Part shown: positions 20,714 to 29,509 of the stretch, piece by piece
How the letters are laid out: every line of letters starts with the position of its first letter
Numbering within the stretch: position 1 is the stretch's first letter
DNA from: a bacterium
GTDB lineage: Bacteria; SAR324; NAC60-12
DNA: 64,000 nucleotides
Assembly (NCBI GenBank): GCA_965233585.1
Contig: CBDDTI010000746.1
Span: 64,001 to 128,000 of the forward strand
Direction: 5' to 3'
Program-made: the position numbers and the translations under genes
Notes under the pieces: generated by a model
Database searches by the model: none
What the model saw: only the letters and a program-made list of their open reading frames with translations
What the model was told of the DNA's origin: nothing

Positions 20714-21625
20714 TTATTTTGAATGAAAATTTCCTGTGAGTTGAGCCACAAGTGCATACTTATTGGCAATGTCTGCAAGTGGGTCTCCATCTCTAAAACT
20801 CTGCTTATCCAGTTGCTTTTTGGGGTTTGCCCCTGGCCAGATTCTCCAGCTGTCATTGTCTATCACGTCTGCAATCAGCAATTTGCCATCGGTTCTGCGT
20901 CTGCCAATTTCTATTTTCATATCAACCAAAGCGATTGCACCATCTTGTGTTTGAATTTCAGACCATGCCTTCTCTAAAACTTCAAAACAGGGGAGGACAA
21001 GCTGATGAGTCATCATGTGAATGTCTTCATCAGAACAAACAGGGGGAATGGTCATTAAGGGAGTGGTTGGGGGTGTTTTGGCAGAAAAGAGTCCCCAAGA
21101 ATCCGTGCCAACTTGAATGTAGGGGTCGGTAAACACACCATCAGCCCATTCGCCATCTTTTAAATACTTGTCACGTGCTTCGTTTTCTGACATTTGAACA
21201 GGTGATGAAACCAAAGGAGTAGTAATGACGCTGTGTTTGTGAAAAAACTCGTGTTTGATGGAATCAAAGCGATGAGGTTTACCATGGACAGGCTCAAGGC
21301 TGGGTTCTCGTTTTAAAAAACTTCCCCAAGCATAACGTCTGCTGACACATTCCAAAGGCAACATCTCGCAGTCATGGCAAAGCAACTGAACATCGTTGAC
21401 TTGCTCCACGTACGAAGTAGGAATGCCGTGTTTTTCTAAAAGTTGAAAGACATTTGCCGTTTGTGTGGTCTTGTGGACTGCAATGCCTTCAATTTCCGCC
21501 TTCTTTGCCGCATCGCCTCCCGTGAGTTGGTCCATTGTCTCTAAAATAACAAGCCCCTCACGATCTGATTCCATGATTCTTTTGGTTTTTCCGTCTGTAA
21601 TGATTTTCATAATACCCTTCGTCAA
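20714..21625 (-). CDS. purC: SAICAR synthetase
   Basis: GKTKRI, MLPLECVSRR..GSF, LVDMKIEIG, IADVIDNDSWRIW, LDKQSFRD. Confidence 0.93.
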   Translation of the reverse strand: MTKGIMKIITDGKTKRIMESDREGLVILETMDQLTGGDAAKKAEIEGIAVHKTTQTANVFQLLEKHGIPTSYVEQVNDVQLLCHDCEMLPLECVSRRYAWGSFLKREPSLEPVHGKPHRFDSIKHEFFHKHSVITTPLVSSPVQMSENEARDKYLKDGEWADGVFTDPYIQVGTDSWGLFSAKTPPTTPLMTIPPVCSDEDIHMMTHQLVLPCFEVLEKAWSEIQTQDGAIALVDMKIEIGRRRTDGKLLIADVIDNDSWRIWPGANPKKQLDKQSFRDGDPLADIANKYALVAQLTGNFHSK

Positions 21626-21816
21626 TATTCAAAAAAGTGAAGCAGGCATTATGACATAACCCCCAGCCAACAGGCAAATGATGAATTTTTTGATTTATAT
21701 GTAGTGACTTCTATTTTTTTTGTACTTGTGTATAATAGGCATCTTGTCGTTTTTTTAAATAAAGAGTTATTGCATGACTCGTTATTTGAACTTAACCTTA
21801 AAACTATGGAGAAAAC

Positions 21817-22242
21817 ATGCAAAAAATCAAAAAATGTGTCACAGGGACATTGGTTATTTCAGCAACAGCTTTGTCTGCTTGTTCCACGATGTTTAATTCT
21901 GGCTCACAAACTATCATTGCTCGTTCTACCGGGGGAAAAGAAGGAATCCAAGTAGAAGTGACCACACCATCAGGAGCTTATACAACCAAGCTCCCAGCAA
22001 CGATTGCCGCAGAGTCAAGTTGGGACGGAGTCAAGGTTCGTGTCATTGACAAATGTTATGATTCTACTGCAACAGAAGTCAATAAAGGCATCACCCTATC
22101 ATTCTGGGCTAATATTTTCAACTCGGGAGTTGGATTCTTTGTTGATTTAGCGACTGGTAAGCTTTGGAAATACGACACAAACGTGTCTGTGCCAGTCAAC
22201 GCAAAAACGATGGATAACGTAGAAGGTTGTGAATCTGCGTGA
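21817..22242 (+). CDS. Small lipoprotein
   Basis: Lipobox LSAC; FWANIF...GFFVDLATGKLWKY; RBS GGAG. Confidence 0.8.
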   Translation: MQKIKKCVTGTLVISATALSACSTMFNSGSQTIIARSTGGKEGIQVEVTTPSGAYTTKLPATIAAESSWDGVKVRVIDKCYDSTATEVNKGITLSFWANIFNSGVGFFVDLATGKLWKYDTNVSVPVNAKTMDNVEGCESA

Positions 22243-22266
22243 GTCAATTCTGCTTAAAATTTTGAA

Positions 22267-22303
22267 GATGAAGTCATGCTTTCCTTCTGTGCATGACTTC
22301 ATC
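22267..22303. terminator. 13-bp perfect inverted repeat between convergent genes
   Basis: GATGAAGTCATGC...GCATGACTTCATC. Confidence 0.65.
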
Positions 22304-23459
22304 ATCTCCTTTGTCCTTCCTCACATAAATATAAATTGGTTTTAGAAATCGCTCCTCTCACGTAGGGAATCAACCAAATCCCTGCTTGTGCTTTTTTTTC
22401 AACGGGTTTGCATTCAGTGTCTTGAATCCAAGTCAGCCTGACTTTCATCTCCTTTCCCTCTGGATTTTTCAAAAGTAACGTTTGCCCGACGTGAATGGTC
22501 TCTTTGGTGGAAACAGCAAGGTATTCGTCTCTTGCCATCTCAAGTACAGTTCCCACTAAATGCTTATTTTCAATGGACAGATGTTTGTTTTTCAGCCTCT
22601 TGATGGACATGTCTGTTTTGTTAGCACGATAAAATCCATGTGTCGTTTTGACATGCCACGATTTTTTGACTGTTAAGAGTTGCTGCAAATCAAAGGGGTG
22701 TGTCCATTTGTCCAGAGATTGAATGATTTCAAACTGGTCATGGAAACGTAAATCCAACCTCATCGTATGAACCAACGAGCCTAAACCTGGGATCAAATCC
22801 AGCAGAAATAAATCGTAATAATGGAATAAAAAAGACCCGTGAGTTGTTTCTAATGTTGGAAAAGAATGATGAGGCAGGTCGTCATAGTTGACCCACGCCT
22901 GAATGATGTCTTGTTGAGAGTCTTTGAAAAAGCGATGCAACAGGCGTCTGGGTGTATAAAAAAGACAGATTCTTCCCAACCCTTGAATTTCCAAAGGGGT
23001 TTTCAGTGCCTCTTTGTAATATTTTAACAAGGCTTTTGGGGTTTCGTTAGACAATAAAAATCGTTGAAGTTGACTGCCAAAATACTCTTCCCAGCCAAGC
23101 AGACTTTCTAAGTTACGACTGCCAATTTCCACAATCAAATGAATTGGCACATTGAAATCATATTGCTGAATCACCCTTGCCGCACCAACATCTTGAACAC
23201 GAATGGCAGACAACAGATGCAAAGGCAGTTGCTTTAAAACTTGCTTTGCCCTGTCCATCTCATCATTCAAATTGAGGACGTCCCATTGCAAACAGATTGC
23301 AAAACTTCCGTGATATTTTTCAACCAAAGCACATGCCTCATCAGAAGAAAATCCTCCAAACCTGCTTAAATGCTGGTGTTCAATGATCACTTCTTGCAAA
23401 GACGTGCTTTGCAAGGTCTGGACTTCCTTGACTGACCGAACGAATGTGTTGAACTTCAT
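22302..23459 (-). CDS. U32 peptidase-like family protein (divergent)
   Basis: AIRVQDVG, IHL, RFLLSNE, LEIQGLGRICLFYTPRRLL framework; C-terminal beta domain. Confidence 0.65.
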   Translation of the reverse strand: MKFNTFVRSVKEVQTLQSTSLQEVIIEHQHLSRFGGFSSDEACALVEKYHGSFAICLQWDVLNLNDEMDRAKQVLKQLPLHLLSAIRVQDVGAARVIQQYDFNVPIHLIVEIGSRNLESLLGWEEYFGSQLQRFLLSNETPKALLKYYKEALKTPLEIQGLGRICLFYTPRRLLHRFFKDSQQDIIQAWVNYDDLPHHSFPTLETTHGSFLFHYYDLFLLDLIPGLGSLVHTMRLDLRFHDQFEIIQSLDKWTHPFDLQQLLTVKKSWHVKTTHGFYRANKTDMSIKRLKNKHLSIENKHLVGTVLEMARDEYLAVSTKETIHVGQTLLLKNPEGKEMKVRLTWIQDTECKPVEKKAQAGIWLIPYVRGAISKTNLYLCEEGQRR

Positions 23460-23694
23460 GCTATTAAATACAATAAAAACATCACAGCATTATGACACAA
23501 TCTTTGGGTCATTGCAGAACTGCCTTTTGTCAACTGATGGCTTGTGTTTAAGTCATTGCTCATCTTGACTCGCTGTCTCTCTTTTTTTCTCACTTGCCTA
23601 ATCAATCAAAAATGACTCTGTTCTTTCAAAATCGTTTCCATTTTGTCTTCAAATTGGTTATGATTCTTGATTTGGCATTCTCACTCATAAGCTG

Positions 23695-24216
23695 ATGGAA
23701 ACCGCTTTACTTTTTGACACACTCAAGACCTCCAAACATTTGCAAGCCGCAGGCTTTGAACAAGAGCAAGCAGAGGCACTGACAGAAGAATTTAAATTTG
23801 TTGTAGAAAGCAACTTTGCGAAACTTTCAACCAAAGAACAAGTTTCTGCTTTAGAGACGAATCTCAATGAGAAACTGGAGCAAAAAGCCACCAAAGAACA
23901 AGTCACTCACTTACAAGAACAACTGGAGCAAAAAGCTACCAAAGAACAAGTCACTCACTTACAAGAACAACTGGAGCAAAAAGCTACCAAAGAACAAGTT
24001 TCTGCTTTAGAAATTAGCCTCAATGACAAGCTTGAGAAATTTGCTACCAAAGAAGATGTTCAAAATGAAATCAAAGAGGTCAAAGAAGACATCTATTTTT
24101 TAAAAGGAGACCAAAAGCTCCTTAAATGGATGGTCGGTTTTGGTATTTCTTTAAATCTGTTGACACTTGGAGTTGTGCTAGCTTTTTTGTTTACAGCTAC
24201 CCCTACTCCTACTTAA
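23695..24216 (+). CDS. DUF1640/CCDC90-like coiled-coil membrane protein
   Basis: FDTLK...LQAAGFEQEQAEAL head, repeated ATKEQV, C-terminal TM LLKWMVGFGISLNLL. Confidence 0.85.
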   Translation: METALLFDTLKTSKHLQAAGFEQEQAEALTEEFKFVVESNFAKLSTKEQVSALETNLNEKLEQKATKEQVTHLQEQLEQKATKEQVTHLQEQLEQKATKEQVSALEISLNDKLEKFATKEDVQNEIKEVKEDIYFLKGDQKLLKWMVGFGISLNLLTLGVVLAFLFTATPTPT

Positions 24217-24300
24217 CAACCCTGCTCCGAAAAACCACTTGACTCCAGCAAACACCACACCAACTGAGGGAACAAGAAAGCAAAGAAAGTGAGAAAAAAA

Positions 24301-24537
24301 CAGAGGTTGAGGGTCAAGGTGAGCAATGACGAAAAGACACGCCTGCAAAACCTCCTGTCATTCCGCACTTGATGCGGAATCTATCATCAAACCCAGCATG
24401 GATTCCTAACGACTGGATTCCTGCTTTCGCAGGAATGACAATAGTTGTCATTCTGTGTTTGACACGGAATCTCAAAAAACAAGAGTGAGAGCAGAATGAG
24501 AGAAAAGGGCAGATTGTGTGGCAAGTTCAGCAATGCC
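24301..24537. repeat. Cluster of palindromic REP-like elements (AGATT-stem-TCAAG-stem-AATGAC and GGATTCCTGCTTTCGCAGGAATGAC types)
   Basis: e.g. GTCATTCCGCACTTGATGCGGAATCT and GGATTCCTGCTTTCGCAGGAATGAC. Confidence 0.9.
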
Positions 24538-24539
24538 AT

Positions 24540-25295
24540 TCAAGGTTCAATGACTTTGATTTGGTCTGCTTCAGGTTGCAGGAGGTAAATTCCTTTGGCT
24601 TTGGCATGAGAGATGAAATGTTCTGGAATGCTTTGACACGCAAGCCCCAGATGAATTTGAAAATCCTGATACTGCGGAAAAACGACAGGGAATGTCTCCC
24701 TGTGCCTGAACACTTGGTCAAAGTCATCAAGACGTAGTTTGTGCTTCACTTCTACAATGAAGATGTGAAAGTCATTGTAAAAAACAACGTCATACTGTCC
24801 CATGACTTTTTTATCGCTTCTCCCCTTCACATTTTTATCCACAGAATCATAACGAATTTGTCCAATCGTGATGAATCCTTGTTCTTCTATCTCTCTTTGA
24901 CCAGTACGATAGTAAGCGTCTTCCTGTATGTCGCTTTCTACCGTGATGTAACTTTCCAGCTTCTTGTTGCTTTCTTTTCTCAATCGTCTTTCTTCCTTCA
25001 TTTCTTTCTCCCAAGCGGCATTGCGTTCTAGCCTTTCTTTTTCCCATCTGGCATCGGACTCTTGCACCTGCTTCTCCCAAGCGGCATTGCGTTCTACTCT
25101 TTCTTTTTCCCATCTAGCACTGGACTCTTGCACCTGCTTCTCCCAAGCGGCATTGCGTTCTAGCCTCTCTTTTTCCCATCTGGCATTGGACTCTTGCATC
25201 TGTTTGGCGACAGCATTGACTGTGTCATTGGCTTCCTTAGCAATGATGCTAGCTTCCGCCAAAATTTTTTCTATTCTATCTAAACGTTCTGACAT
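24540..25295 (-). CDS. Coiled-coil + PD-(D/E)XK nuclease-fold protein, copy 1
   Basis: Repetitive ERNAAWEKQVQES N-terminus; GQYDVVFYN...IVEVK motif. Confidence 0.85.
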   Translation of the reverse strand: MSERLDRIEKILAEASIIAKEANDTVNAVAKQMQESNARWEKERLERNAAWEKQVQESSARWEKERVERNAAWEKQVQESDARWEKERLERNAAWEKEMKEERRLRKESNKKLESYITVESDIQEDAYYRTGQREIEEQGFITIGQIRYDSVDKNVKGRSDKKVMGQYDVVFYNDFHIFIVEVKHKLRLDDFDQVFRHRETFPVVFPQYQDFQIHLGLACQSIPEHFISHAKAKGIYLLQPEADQIKVIEP

Positions 25296-25358
25296 CTTTA
25301 CCTTTCAATTTAAAATTCAAAAAACTTGAGTATAGCATTTTTTGACAAAAGAAAAAAA

Positions 25359-25740
25359 CAGATTGCGGGTCAAGGTGAGCAATGACAAGGAGACGATGGA
25401 ATAACGAAAAGACACGCCTGCAAACTCCTTTCGTCATTCCGCACTTGATGCGGAATCTATCAACAAAACCAAGCATGGATTCCTAACTTGACTGGATTCC
25501 TGCTTTCGCAGGAATGACAAGCCCACGCACGCAAGGTAGGGACAAACCCAAGTTTGTCCTGTGTTTGAAGAAGAATGAAATTGCGGGTCAAGCCCTCAAG
25601 GACTCTTCTGTCATTCCGTGCTTGACACGGAATCTATCATCAAACCAAGCGTGGATTCCTGCTTTCGCAGGAATGACAAGCCCACGCACGAAATGACAAG
25701 AAAGTGAGAAAAAACAGATTGCCCGTCAAGGCTCAATGAT
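25359..25740. repeat. REP-like spacer cluster (TCAAG-loop, TTTC-loop and GTAG-type palindromes)
   Basis: Includes GTAGGGACAAACCCAAGTTTGTCCT at 25536-25560. Confidence 0.9.
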
Positions 25741-26421
25741 TTTGATGTGGTCTGCTTCAGGTTGCAGGAGGTAAACTCCCTTAGCTTTGGCATGAGAGAT
25801 GAAATGTTCTGGAATGCTTTGGCAAGCAAGTCCCAGATGAATTTGAAAATCCTGATATCGTGGAAACACGACAGGGAACGTTTCTTTGTGCCTGAACACT
25901 TGGTCAAAGTCATCAAGGCGAAGTTTATGCTTCACTCCTACAATGAAGATGTGAGAACGATTATAAAAAACAACGTCATACTGCCCAACTACTTTCTCAA
26001 ATCTTCCCTTCACATTTTTATCTACAGAATCATAAGCAACCCCACCAATCATGATGAATCCTTTTTCTTCTATTTCTCTTTGACCAGTACAATAGTAGGC
26101 ATCTTCCTGTATGTCGCTTTCTACCGTGATGTAACGTTCCAGTTTCTTGTTGGTTTCCTTTCTCAATCGCCTTTCTTCCTTCATTTCTTTCTCCCAAGCG
26201 GCATTGGACTCTTGCATCTGCTTCTCCCAAGCGGCATTGCGTTCTACTCTTTCTTTCTCCCAAGCGGCATTGCGTTCTTCTTGCTTTTTAGTCAGCTCTG
26301 CTAACTGCTTGCTGTTTTCTTCTTGTTGCTTGCTGTTTTCTTCTTGCCGTTTTTTCAACTCCTGCATGCCTTTGGCATTTTCTTTCAAAATTGCCCAAAT
26401 CTCATCAAATCTTTCACTCAT
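25726..26421 (-). CDS. Coiled-coil + PD-(D/E)XK protein, copy 2 (catalytic E>G)
   Basis: IVGVK instead of IVEVK (codon 25936-25938). Confidence 0.85.
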   Translation of the reverse strand: MSERFDEIWAILKENAKGMQELKKRQEENSKQQEENSKQLAELTKKQEERNAAWEKERVERNAAWEKQMQESNAAWEKEMKEERRLRKETNKKLERYITVESDIQEDAYYCTGQREIEEKGFIMIGGVAYDSVDKNVKGRFEKVVGQYDVVFYNRSHIFIVGVKHKLRLDDFDQVFRHKETFPVVFPRYQDFQIHLGLACQSIPEHFISHAKAKGVYLLQPEADHIKIIEP

Positions 26422-26517
26422 CTTTATCTCCTTTCAATTTAAAATCTACAAGATAAAATATCTAGTCTAGCAGATTTTTTGAAAAAAGAATGAGAAAGAA
26501 GAACAAAAGAAAAAAAA

Positions 26518-26755
26518 CAGATTGCGGGTCAAGCCCACAATGACGAGAAAACACAACCCTGCAAACTCCTTTCGTCATTCCGTGCTTGACACGGAATCTA
26601 TCATCAAACTAAGCGTGGATTCCTAACTTGACTAGATTCGGGGCTTTGGCAGGAATGACAAGGAGACGCCTGCAAGTCACAACGTAGGGACAAACCCAAG
26701 TGTTTGTCCTGTGTTTGAAGAAAAAAACAGAGATTGCCCGTCAAGGCTCAATGAT
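26518..26755. repeat. REP-like spacer cluster
   Basis: Near-identical to 27480-27717; GTAG palindrome at 26684. Confidence 0.9.
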
Positions 26756-27382
26756 TTTGATTTGGTCTGCTTCAGGTTGCAGGAGGTAAACTCCCTTAGC
26801 TTTGGCATGAGAGATGAAATGTTCTGGAATGCTTTGGCAAGCAAGTCCCAGATGAATTTGAAAATCCTGATATCGTGGAAACACGACAGGGAACGTTTCT
26901 TTGTGCCTGAACACTTGGTCAAAGTCATCAAGGCGAAGTTTATGCTTCACTTCTACAATGAAGATGTGAGAACGATTATAAAAAACAACGTCATACTGCC
27001 CAACTACTTTCTCAAATCTTCCCTTCACATTTTTATCTACAGAATCATAAGCAATCCCACCAAGCATGATGAATCCTTTTTCTTCTATTTCTCTTTGACC
27101 AGTACGATAGTAGGCATCTTCCTGTATGTCGCTTTCTACCGTGATGTAACTTTCTAGCTTTTTGTTGCTTTCTTTTCTCAATCGCCTTTCTTCCTTCATT
27201 TCTTTTTCCCAAGCGGCATTGGACTCTTGCATCTGCTTCTCCCAAGCGGCATTGCGTTCTTCTTGCTGTTTTGTTAGCTGTGCTAGCTGTTCATCCGTCT
27301 TTTCTTGCCGTTTTTTCAACTCCTGCATGCCTTTGGCATTTTCTTTCAAAATTGCCCAAATCTCATCAAATCTTTCACTCAT
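26741..27382 (-). CDS. Coiled-coil + PD-(D/E)XK protein, copy 3
   Basis: Paralog, 213 aa, IVEVK intact. Confidence 0.85.
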   Translation of the reverse strand: MSERFDEIWAILKENAKGMQELKKRQEKTDEQLAQLTKQQEERNAAWEKQMQESNAAWEKEMKEERRLRKESNKKLESYITVESDIQEDAYYRTGQREIEEKGFIMLGGIAYDSVDKNVKGRFEKVVGQYDVVFYNRSHIFIVEVKHKLRLDDFDQVFRHKETFPVVFPRYQDFQIHLGLACQSIPEHFISHAKAKGVYLLQPEADQIKIIEP

Positions 27383-27479
27383 CTTTGTCCCCCTTTCAAT
27401 TTAAAATCTACAAGATAAAATATCTAGTCTAGCAGATTTTTTGAAAAAAGAATGAGAAAGAAGAACAAAAGAAAAAAAA

Positions 27480-27717
27480 CAAATTGCGGGTCAAGCCCAC
27501 AATGACGAGAAAACACAACCCTGCAAACTCCTTTCGTCATTCCGCACTTGATGCGGAATCTATCACCAAACCAAGCGTGGATTCCTAACTTGACTAGATT
27601 CGGGGCTTTGGCAGGAATGACAAGGAGACGCCTGCAAGTCACAACGTAGGGACAAACCCAAGTGTTTGTCCTGTGTTTGAAGAAAAAAACAGAGGTTGAG
27701 GCTCAAGGTTCAATGAC
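27480..27717. repeat. REP-like spacer cluster
   Basis: Same palindrome set; GTAG palindrome at 27646. Confidence 0.9.
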
Positions 27718-28377
27718 TTTGATTTGGTCTGCTTCAGGTTGCAGGAGGTAAACTCCTTTGGCTTTGGCATGAGAGATGAAATGTTCTGGAATGCTTTGGC
27801 ACGCAAGTCCTAGATGAATTTGAAAATCCTGATATCGTGGAAACACGACAGGGAATGTTTCTTTGTGTCTGAATACTTGGTCAAAGTCATCAAGGCGAAG
27901 TTTGTGCTTCACTTCCACAATGAAAATGTGAGAACGATTATAAAAAACAACGTCATACTGCCCAACTACTTTCTCAAATCTTCCCTTCACATTTTTATCT
28001 ACAGAATCATAAGCAACCCCACCAATCATGATGAATCCTTGTTCTTCTATTTCTCTTTGACCAGTACGATAGTAAGCGTCTTCCTGTATGTCGCTTTCTA
28101 CCGTGATGTAACTTTCCAGCTTCTTGTTGCTTTCTTTTCTCAATCGTCTTTCTTCCTTCATTTCTTTCTCCCAAGCGGCATTGCGTTCTAGCCTCTCTTT
28201 TTCCCATCTGGCATCGGACTCTTGCACCTGCTTCTCCCAAGCGGCATTGCGTTCTTCTTGCTTTTTAGTCAGTTCTGCTAACTGCTTGCTGTTTTCTTCT
28301 TGCCGTTTTTTCAACTCCTGCATGCCTTTGGCATTTTCTTTCAAAATTGCCCAAATCTCATCAAATCTTTCACTCAT
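27703..28377 (-). CDS. Coiled-coil + PD-(D/E)XK protein, copy 4
   Basis: Paralog, 224 aa. Confidence 0.85.
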   Translation of the reverse strand: MSERFDEIWAILKENAKGMQELKKRQEENSKQLAELTKKQEERNAAWEKQVQESDARWEKERLERNAAWEKEMKEERRLRKESNKKLESYITVESDIQEDAYYRTGQREIEEQGFIMIGGVAYDSVDKNVKGRFEKVVGQYDVVFYNRSHIFIVEVKHKLRLDDFDQVFRHKETFPVVFPRYQDFQIHLGLACQSIPEHFISHAKAKGVYLLQPEADQIKVIEP

Positions 28378-28473
28378 CTTTGTCCCCCTTTCAATTCAAA
28401 ATTTATAAATCCAAACACTTAGTCTAGCAGATTTCTTGAGAAAAAGAATGAGAAAGAACAACGCAAGGCAAAA

Positions 28474-28664
28474 CAGATTGCGGGTCAAGCCCGCAATGAC
28501 AATCCTTGTTCATCAAACCAAGCGTGGATTCCTAACTTGACTAGATTCGGGGCTTTGGCAGGAATGACAAGGAGACGCCTGCAAGTCACAACGTAGGGAC
28601 AAACCCAAGTGTTTGTCCTGTGTTTGAAGAAAAAAACAGAGGTTGAGGCTCAAGGTTCAATGAC
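28474..28664. repeat. REP-like spacer cluster
   Basis: Perfect ATTGCGGG-TCAAG-CCCGCAAT within 28474-28500; GTAG palindrome at 28593. Confidence 0.9.
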
Positions 28665-29393
28665 TTTGATTTGGTCTGCTTCAGGTTGCAGGAGGTAAAT
28701 TCCTTTGGCTTTGGCATGAGAGATGAGATGTTCTGGAATGCTTTGACACGCAAGCCCCAGGTGAATTTTAAAATCCCGATATTGTGGAAAAACGACAGGG
28801 AAAGTTTCCCTGTGCCTAAACACTTGGTCAAAGTCATCAAGACGAAGTTTATGCTTCACTTCTACAATGAAGATGTGAAAGTCATTGTAAAAAACAACGT
28901 CATACTGTCCGATGACTTTTTTATCGCTTCTCCCCTTCACATTTTTATCTACAGAATCATAACGAATTTGTCCAATTATGATGAATCCTTGTTCTTCTAT
29001 TTCTCTTTGACCAGTACGATAGTAAGCGTCTTCCTGTATGTCACTTTCTACCGTGATGTAACTTTCTAGCTTCTTGTTGCTTTCTTTTCTCAATCGTCTT
29101 TCTTCCTTCATTTCTTTTTCCCAAGCGGCATTGCGTTCTAGCCTTTCTTTTTCCCATCTGGCACTGGATTCTTGTACCTGCTTCTCCCAAGCGGCATTGC
29201 GTTCTAGCCTCTCTTTTTCCCATCTGGCACTGGATTCTTGTACCTGCTTCTCCCAAGCGGCATTGCGTTCTTGCATCTGTTTTGCAAATTCTTCTTGCTT
29301 TTTAGTCAATTCTGCTAACTGCTTGCTATTTTCTTCTTGTTGTTTGCTATTTTCTTCCAAGATTTTTTCTATTCTATCTAAACGTTCTGACAT
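28650..29393 (-). CDS. Coiled-coil + PD-(D/E)XK protein, copy 5
   Basis: Paralog, 247 aa. Confidence 0.85.
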   Translation of the reverse strand: MSERLDRIEKILEENSKQQEENSKQLAELTKKQEEFAKQMQERNAAWEKQVQESSARWEKERLERNAAWEKQVQESSARWEKERLERNAAWEKEMKEERRLRKESNKKLESYITVESDIQEDAYYRTGQREIEEQGFIIIGQIRYDSVDKNVKGRSDKKVIGQYDVVFYNDFHIFIVEVKHKLRLDDFDQVFRHRETFPVVFPQYRDFKIHLGLACQSIPEHLISHAKAKGIYLLQPEADQIKVIEP

Positions 29394-29509
29394 TTGTACC
29401 TCTCCAATTGAAGATTATTAAGTTTAAACACACTCAGTCTAACAGATTTTTGAAAAAAAGAATTACAGAAGAATGAGAAAGAAAACAAAATAAGAGTAAG
29501 AAAAAAGAG

